From positions 1-32,000 of the forward strand of contig JAWOFX010000075.1 of assembly GCA_046497275.1 (NCBI GenBank): DNA of 32,000 nucleotides, read 5' to 3'. The notes under the pieces are model-generated. The model saw only the letters and a list, made by a program, of their open reading frames with translations, did no database searches and had not been told where the DNA came from. This document shows, piece after piece, positions 27,339-32,000 of this stretch (within the stretch, counting starts at the first letter, position 1; each line of letters opens with the position of its first letter). This DNA comes from Promethearchaeia archaeon. Its GTDB lineage: Archaea; Asgardarchaeota; Lokiarchaeia; Sigyniarchaeales; SOKP01. The position numbers were made by a program, and so were the translations under genes.

Positions 27339-28130
27339 TTATTTTTTAAAAATTGATCTATATATTTTATCTACGATATTTAGAAAAGAATAATAGGTAA
27401 TTAAGATGAGAATTGAAATAATTAACTTTGGTAAATATACATAAGAAGTTCCATAACTCCTTTCACTTACTTCGATTGGGACTTCCCTAAACTTAAAATT
27501 ACGAATACCCGATTTAAATAAAAGCTCTGTAGTAAAACCCATTCCTTTAAACCTTGATTTCTCGACAATCTCTTTAACATCTTTATTAAATGCCCTATAG
27601 CCACTTTGGTTGTTTTTAATGGGTTGACCAAACAATACCCACAAAACTTTATCTATTACATATTCTCCCATTCTTGTATGAAGTGGGACAGTATAATGGC
27701 ATGTTCCCATATATCTTGAGCCGACCACTATATCTGTTTCGCCTTTTATAATCGGGTTAATAATATTAGGTATTTCTTTAGGATCATGCTGTCCATCTGA
27801 GTCCAATGTAACAATAATATCTCCCTTAGCTAATTTTATACCTGTTAATAATGCTGCTCCATAGCCTAAATTTTGAGGATGATGGATAATTCTCACGTTT
27901 TTATCATTCAATTTTTTGGCATTCATTACGCTTTTATCCGTGGATCCATCATTAACAACTATAATTTCTTGCGATTTCCGATAGGGTATATTTCTTATTA
28001 CATTTGCAATAGAATTCTCTTCATTATATAATGGTATTACTATTGATAAAAAAGTGGAATTAGGATTCTGGGTATTCGAAGATTTTTTTTGTTCAGAAAT
28101 CGCGATTTGTTTTTCTTTTTTTCTCTTCAT
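27339..28130 (-). CDS. GT2 glycosyltransferase, polyprenol-phosphate sugar synthase (DPM1-like)
   Basis: SIVIPLYNEE, VVNDGSTD, NLGYGAAL, LDSDGQHDP, VVGSRY and QSGYRAF motifs. Confidence 0.9.
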   Translation of the reverse strand: MKRKKEKQIAISEQKKSSNTQNPNSTFLSIVIPLYNEENSIANVIRNIPYRKSQEIIVVNDGSTDKSVMNAKKLNDKNVRIIHHPQNLGYGAALLTGIKLAKGDIIVTLDSDGQHDPKEIPNIINPIIKGETDIVVGSRYMGTCHYTVPLHTRMGEYVIDKVLWVLFGQPIKNNQSGYRAFNKDVKEIVEKSRFKGMGFTTELLFKSGIRNFKFREVPIEVSERSYGTSYVYLPKLIISILILITYYSFLNIVDKIYRSIFKK

Positions 28131-28393
28131 TTTATTTTGAATAGATGAGATTTTTCTCTTAATCAGGGTATAGGATAAATTTAAGAAAGGTTTTTAATAA
28201 TACTCACATAGCACGCTTGAATTTCTTAGTTATCCTTTTAAAATTTTAAGTTTTATCTATTTTTGATTGTATAAATATTTAATTATAGAAAGGAAATAAA
28301 TAATTAATTTTTTTCTGAATTAGTGTAGAATTCAAAATTTCCTATTTAATAATTCATTAAAAAATGATCATTTCTGGTATAACTATATTCATC

Positions 28394-29227
28394 TTAAAGA
28401 TTAAGGTGTGAAAATCTAATTCGATATATATAATTAACTATTTTTGGGTACACCATGGATAATTTTAGTAAAAGGCGATAAATCTTGTTAAATACAGAAT
28501 CAGAATATCCATATTTCTCTAAGGCTTTTTCTTGAATTTTATAGGTAAACTTTATTGTATCCGAAATGCTTTTAAATTTCACTTGTTCTTTGCTTACTCG
28601 ATATTTAACTAAAGGGACATCAAGATTTCTAAGTTTCCAAAATCTCCCCACCCTCAACCAATAATCATAATCTTGGCAAACTTGCCATGTTTCATCATAA
28701 TATCCAATCTTGTCTATAACTTTTTTTCTTAAAAGAACGCATGATTGGGCAATGGGATTATACCGCATGATGACTTTTTTAATTTCTCGGTCTGTTGAGG
28801 GATAATCTCGGTGTCCAATAATCTGAGAATTTTCATCAATTAAATATTTATTACTCCCCACTAATCCATATTCAGGATGGGTTTCTAAAAATTTCACTTG
28901 TAGTTCTAATCTTTTACTAAGTGCTACATCATCACTATCTATTATTGCAAAATATTTAGCATCAGGAGAACTTAATTTAAATCCCTCATTTCGCGTTTTC
29001 ACGATTTTAAGATTTTCTTTATTACGAAAAGGCTTAATTCGGTCATCTTTATTAGCGTATTTTTGAATTATCTCCCAACTTTTATCAGTAGAACCATCAT
29101 CAATTATAATATACTCAAAATTACCATAAGTTTGATTTAAAATACTCTCAATTGTCTCATGAACGACTTTTTCTCTATTATAATTTGGAGTAAACACTGT
29201 TATAAATGGGGATTTATCAGTCATCAT
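28394..29227 (-). CDS. GT2 glycosyltransferase
   Basis: TPNYN, SILNQTY, IIDDGSTD, IDSDD and QDYDYWLR motifs. Confidence 0.9.
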   Translation of the reverse strand: MMTDKSPFITVFTPNYNREKVVHETIESILNQTYGNFEYIIIDDGSTDKSWEIIQKYANKDDRIKPFRNKENLKIVKTRNEGFKLSSPDAKYFAIIDSDDVALSKRLELQVKFLETHPEYGLVGSNKYLIDENSQIIGHRDYPSTDREIKKVIMRYNPIAQSCVLLRKKVIDKIGYYDETWQVCQDYDYWLRVGRFWKLRNLDVPLVKYRVSKEQVKFKSISDTIKFTYKIQEKALEKYGYSDSVFNKIYRLLLKLSMVYPKIVNYIYRIRFSHLNL

Positions 29228-29342
29228 TGTTTTATACTCAGTTATAATTTTATCAAATTCTCTCTATTTTAGAATTCTTTAATTCTATAAAATTTTAATA
29301 TTTATGAATTACACCTAATCCAAAAATCTCTCACATTTCACT

Positions 29343-30620
29343 CTATTTTTCAAGTAATATCTCTTTTTGGCACTGATTTTTAAACAAATATTTGCTTATT
29401 CCATAAAAATTCAAAATTAAAAATACAGTTGCCAGAAAATTGTAAGGAAACCATGGTTTTATTAAATACCAGATTCCCATAAATACTAAATCAAGAAAAA
29501 CATAATATATTACTCCCGGTTTTATAAACTTATTTTTAATCTCTGAATCTTCTGGCATATCAAAAATTATTATGATTAACAATGGGAGGATAATTAGTAA
29601 ATGATGGTCCCAAGAATCAAAATAGACAAGAAGCATGATTATAATACCTAAAGTGAGCCCATAAATGAGTGTTTTCTTAACATGATTAGATAATAAAACT
29701 AATATTAAACCAATTGAACCAAAGAAACTTAATAATACTAGAAGGATTAGTGTTTGATTTACAGGGAGATTGTAAAAAACAAGCATGTTTATGATTAATT
29801 TTGTTATGCTGAATGAATGTCTAAGCTCTATTATATTTGTTCCAGCAAAATTATTATTCAAAAATCCCTCCCATAATTTTGGATTCACTGCAAAAAAAAT
29901 GATATTAGGCAATAAAAATATCGAAATTCCAATTAGTCTTATGATAGATTTCTTTATATTTAGATTGAATTTTCTTTCCTTTATGCTATAATTTAAAACA
30001 ATTAAAAAAGGCACAGCAATTAATGTAATTGGCTTTATTGCGGTACTTATTCCTATCAATATACTAGCAAAAAAATCCCATTTAAGAGTATTTTTCTTAA
30101 GTATAAGATAAATTGCCCATAAAATGAGGAAAATTACAATTAAATTATTCTGACCTAAAATATAATTATTGACCTGGGGCGATGCTCCAAGAAATAAAGC
30201 AAAATATCTAGCCACCCTATCATCGCGTATTTTCTCTTTATTTTTGATTAATTCAATTATTTTATACATAAAATAACAAATCCCTATATTCATGATCAAA
30301 TTGAAAGCCATAAAAGATAAGAATCCGATATTAAAATCTAAGAGAGAAAAAGGTATATAAAATATTGCCGAGAGAGGAAAATACCTAAAGAAAAATATAT
30401 TATTCTCTTTTAAATATAGATTATCGATATCAAATAGCAAACGGTTCCCTGCATTATAAAACACTATAAAATCATTTTGAGAATAAAAAATAGTTAGGAA
30501 TAAGATAATTGAGACAATTATATAACCTATTTGTACAAGAATAGCAATTTTAAAAAATGGATACTTCCAGAGGTTTGAAATCTTTTTTCTAAATTCTATT
30601 AATTTTCCTTCTAAATTCAT
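29343..30620 (-). CDS. GT87 (DUF2029) membrane glycosyltransferase, GT-C fold
   Basis: DFIVFYNAG, FRYFPL, LGQNNL and AIKP motifs in a polytopic membrane protein. Confidence 0.8.
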   Translation of the reverse strand: MNLEGKLIEFRKKISNLWKYPFFKIAILVQIGYIIVSIILFLTIFYSQNDFIVFYNAGNRLLFDIDNLYLKENNIFFFRYFPLSAIFYIPFSLLDFNIGFLSFMAFNLIMNIGICYFMYKIIELIKNKEKIRDDRVARYFALFLGASPQVNNYILGQNNLIVIFLILWAIYLILKKNTLKWDFFASILIGISTAIKPITLIAVPFLIVLNYSIKERKFNLNIKKSIIRLIGISIFLLPNIIFFAVNPKLWEGFLNNNFAGTNIIELRHSFSITKLIINMLVFYNLPVNQTLILLVLLSFFGSIGLILVLLSNHVKKTLIYGLTLGIIIMLLVYFDSWDHHLLIILPLLIIIIFDMPEDSEIKNKFIKPGVIYYVFLDLVFMGIWYLIKPWFPYNFLATVFLILNFYGISKYLFKNQCQKEILLEK

Positions 30621-30725
30621 ATTTAAAATAAATATTATAAATTGCTATTCTCTAAGCTTATTTCTGTAATTAAATAAATTATATCATAAAATCTTTTCTA
30701 AATCTAATAGAAGCAATGATGAAAC

Positions 30726-32000
30726 TTAAATTACCCAATAGATAGGCTCATCGACGTTATTTATTGTCCGTGTAGAACATATCCTATTGAAATAACTCAA
30801 ATTATAATACATTTCAATTTGCTCTTGTGATATTGATCCAAAATTCTCTAATCCTGAAAAAGAAATAAAATAATCCGTGAGGATCAAATATACATCAGTA
30901 CTATAAGTGCTTTTTAGGACCTGGAAAATATTTTCATTATCCTGAATATGATTCTGTGGTAATAATAACCGCTCAGAAATCGTTATGAAATTATGTAATG
31001 ATTCAGGATCCAAATCAGAATCATTATAAGGAAAATCATAATAATAAAAAAGATATTCCCATAAAAATTCGGTAATAATTACTTTCTTCTCATTAGTGTA
31101 TTCAGACATCCAAATTATATTCTGAACTTCATAGTTTTCAATACTATAAGTTCTATAATAATCACGTTCTTCAATAAAAGAGGTAAAAATCGTGAAGATA
31201 ACTAAAAGAAGCAAACTCACTTTAACTACATTCTTATTAATTTGATGAGTTTTTATAAGTTTATAAAAGTAAGAAATAAAACCGATAATTATTGAAACTG
31301 AGGAGAATATAAAGATTCTCCCAAAAAAACTGAATCCACCAAAAATTAGATATAACAACAAACTTGCTCCGATAATAAGAAAAAGATTCACAAACCATAT
31401 AAAGAGAAATTTACCTTTCGGCTTTTTCTGAAAGAGAATAAACCCCCAAACTGAAAAAAGAACAAAGATTCCGTCTTGTATAACCACAAGGAACGTTGAT
31501 ATAGTAAAATTAAACCATAATATGTTTCCAATTGTGAAAACAATACTTGTACTGATTAATACGCTGAAAATTACCGGAATTACAAATTTCTTCTCTAAAT
31601 TATTGTACCACGTATTATGGATTATTTTCTTAAATTTTCCTATTTCAAAATCAATCGACTTCGTAATTATCCGAATAAAAATGAGAAGACAAGGTATTCC
31701 TAATAATAATAACAATATGAACGTTGGATTTGAAATATTATAATAAAATAGAATTCTAGAAAAATGTCCAATAGCAAAATCAATTAAATAAAAACCCCCA
31801 AAAATACCACATAAAATTAGTAATAAAATCAAATCGCCCCCTCTCTTTCTGTTTTTCAAAAAATATATCAAATAAATCATTGTAAATGAGACGATAAAAG
31901 ACATAGTCACTAATGAATGTGTAAATATTGAGCTAATGAAAAGAATCACGATTAAAATATAGCTTAGTATCAGATCTTTTCTGAATTCTTTATTTCTTGG
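30726..32000 (-). CDS. Paralog of the 23747-26011 membrane protein (5' end lies outside the window)
   Basis: Frame is open to position 32000. Shares SYILI.LFI.S..THSL, EKKFVIP, FQK..(R/K)G.FL, Y.L.Y.NRI.S and EPIYWVI/KPIYWVI with the first copy. Confidence 0.75.
   Translation of the reverse strand, partial: PRNKEFRKDLILSYILIVILFISSIFTHSLVTMSFIVSFTMIYLIYFLKNRKRGGDLILLLILCGIFGGFYLIDFAIGHFSRILFYYNISNPTFILLLLLGIPCLLIFIRIITKSIDFEIGKFKKIIHNTWYNNLEKKFVIPVIFSVLISTSIVFTIGNILWFNFTISTFLVVIQDGIFVLFSVWGFILFQKKPKGKFLFIWFVNLFLIIGASLLLYLIFGGFSFFGRIFIFSSVSIIIGFISYFYKLIKTHQINKNVVKVSLLLLVIFTIFTSFIEERDYYRTYSIENYEVQNIIWMSEYTNEKKVIITEFLWEYLFYYYDFPYNDSDLDPESLHNFITISERLLLPQNHIQDNENIFQVLKSTYSTDVYLILTDYFISFSGLENFGSISQEQIEMYYNLSYFNRICSTRTINNVDEPIYWVI

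Noticed and set aside
1-32000. tRNA, rRNA, CRISPR array, transposase or integrase
   Set aside because: By eye I found no GC-rich cloverleaf or rRNA-like segment, no regularly spaced direct repeats and no DDE/tyrosine-recombinase motifs. tRNAscan-SE and Infernal were not run.

Overview
This is an AT-rich, gene-dense window from an archaeon, most likely an Asgard (Lokiarchaeia-like) lineage. The assignment is inferred from the eukaryotic-signature genes present: a UBA3/Uba2-like E1 with a catalytic Cys, a Rab-like GTPase, a longin-like/GTPase fusion with a roadblock-like partner, and a multi-UEV/RWD RING protein. Archaeal GGTGA ribosome-binding sites are also visible. Other genes are a membrane-anchored subtilase, a 2057-aa helical-repeat/coiled-coil protein, a RACo/ASKHA corrinoid activator, an HTH-methyltransferase, aspartokinase, a PHP protein, a UPF0280 protein and a glycosylation cluster (23.7-32 kb). 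The main result is that the Rab-like gene (12676-13238) is split by a 29-nt insertion at the switch-II Gln codon. The insertion and its flanks fold into a relaxed bulge-helix-bulge (tRNA-type) splice motif. Cutting at the positions that geometry predicts removes exactly 29 nt and restores an intact 177-aa Rab. This makes it a candidate endonuclease-spliced mRNA intron in an Asgard eukaryotic-signature gene. No tRNA, rRNA, CRISPR array or transposase was recognised. All family calls come from motif reading by eye; no database searches were run.
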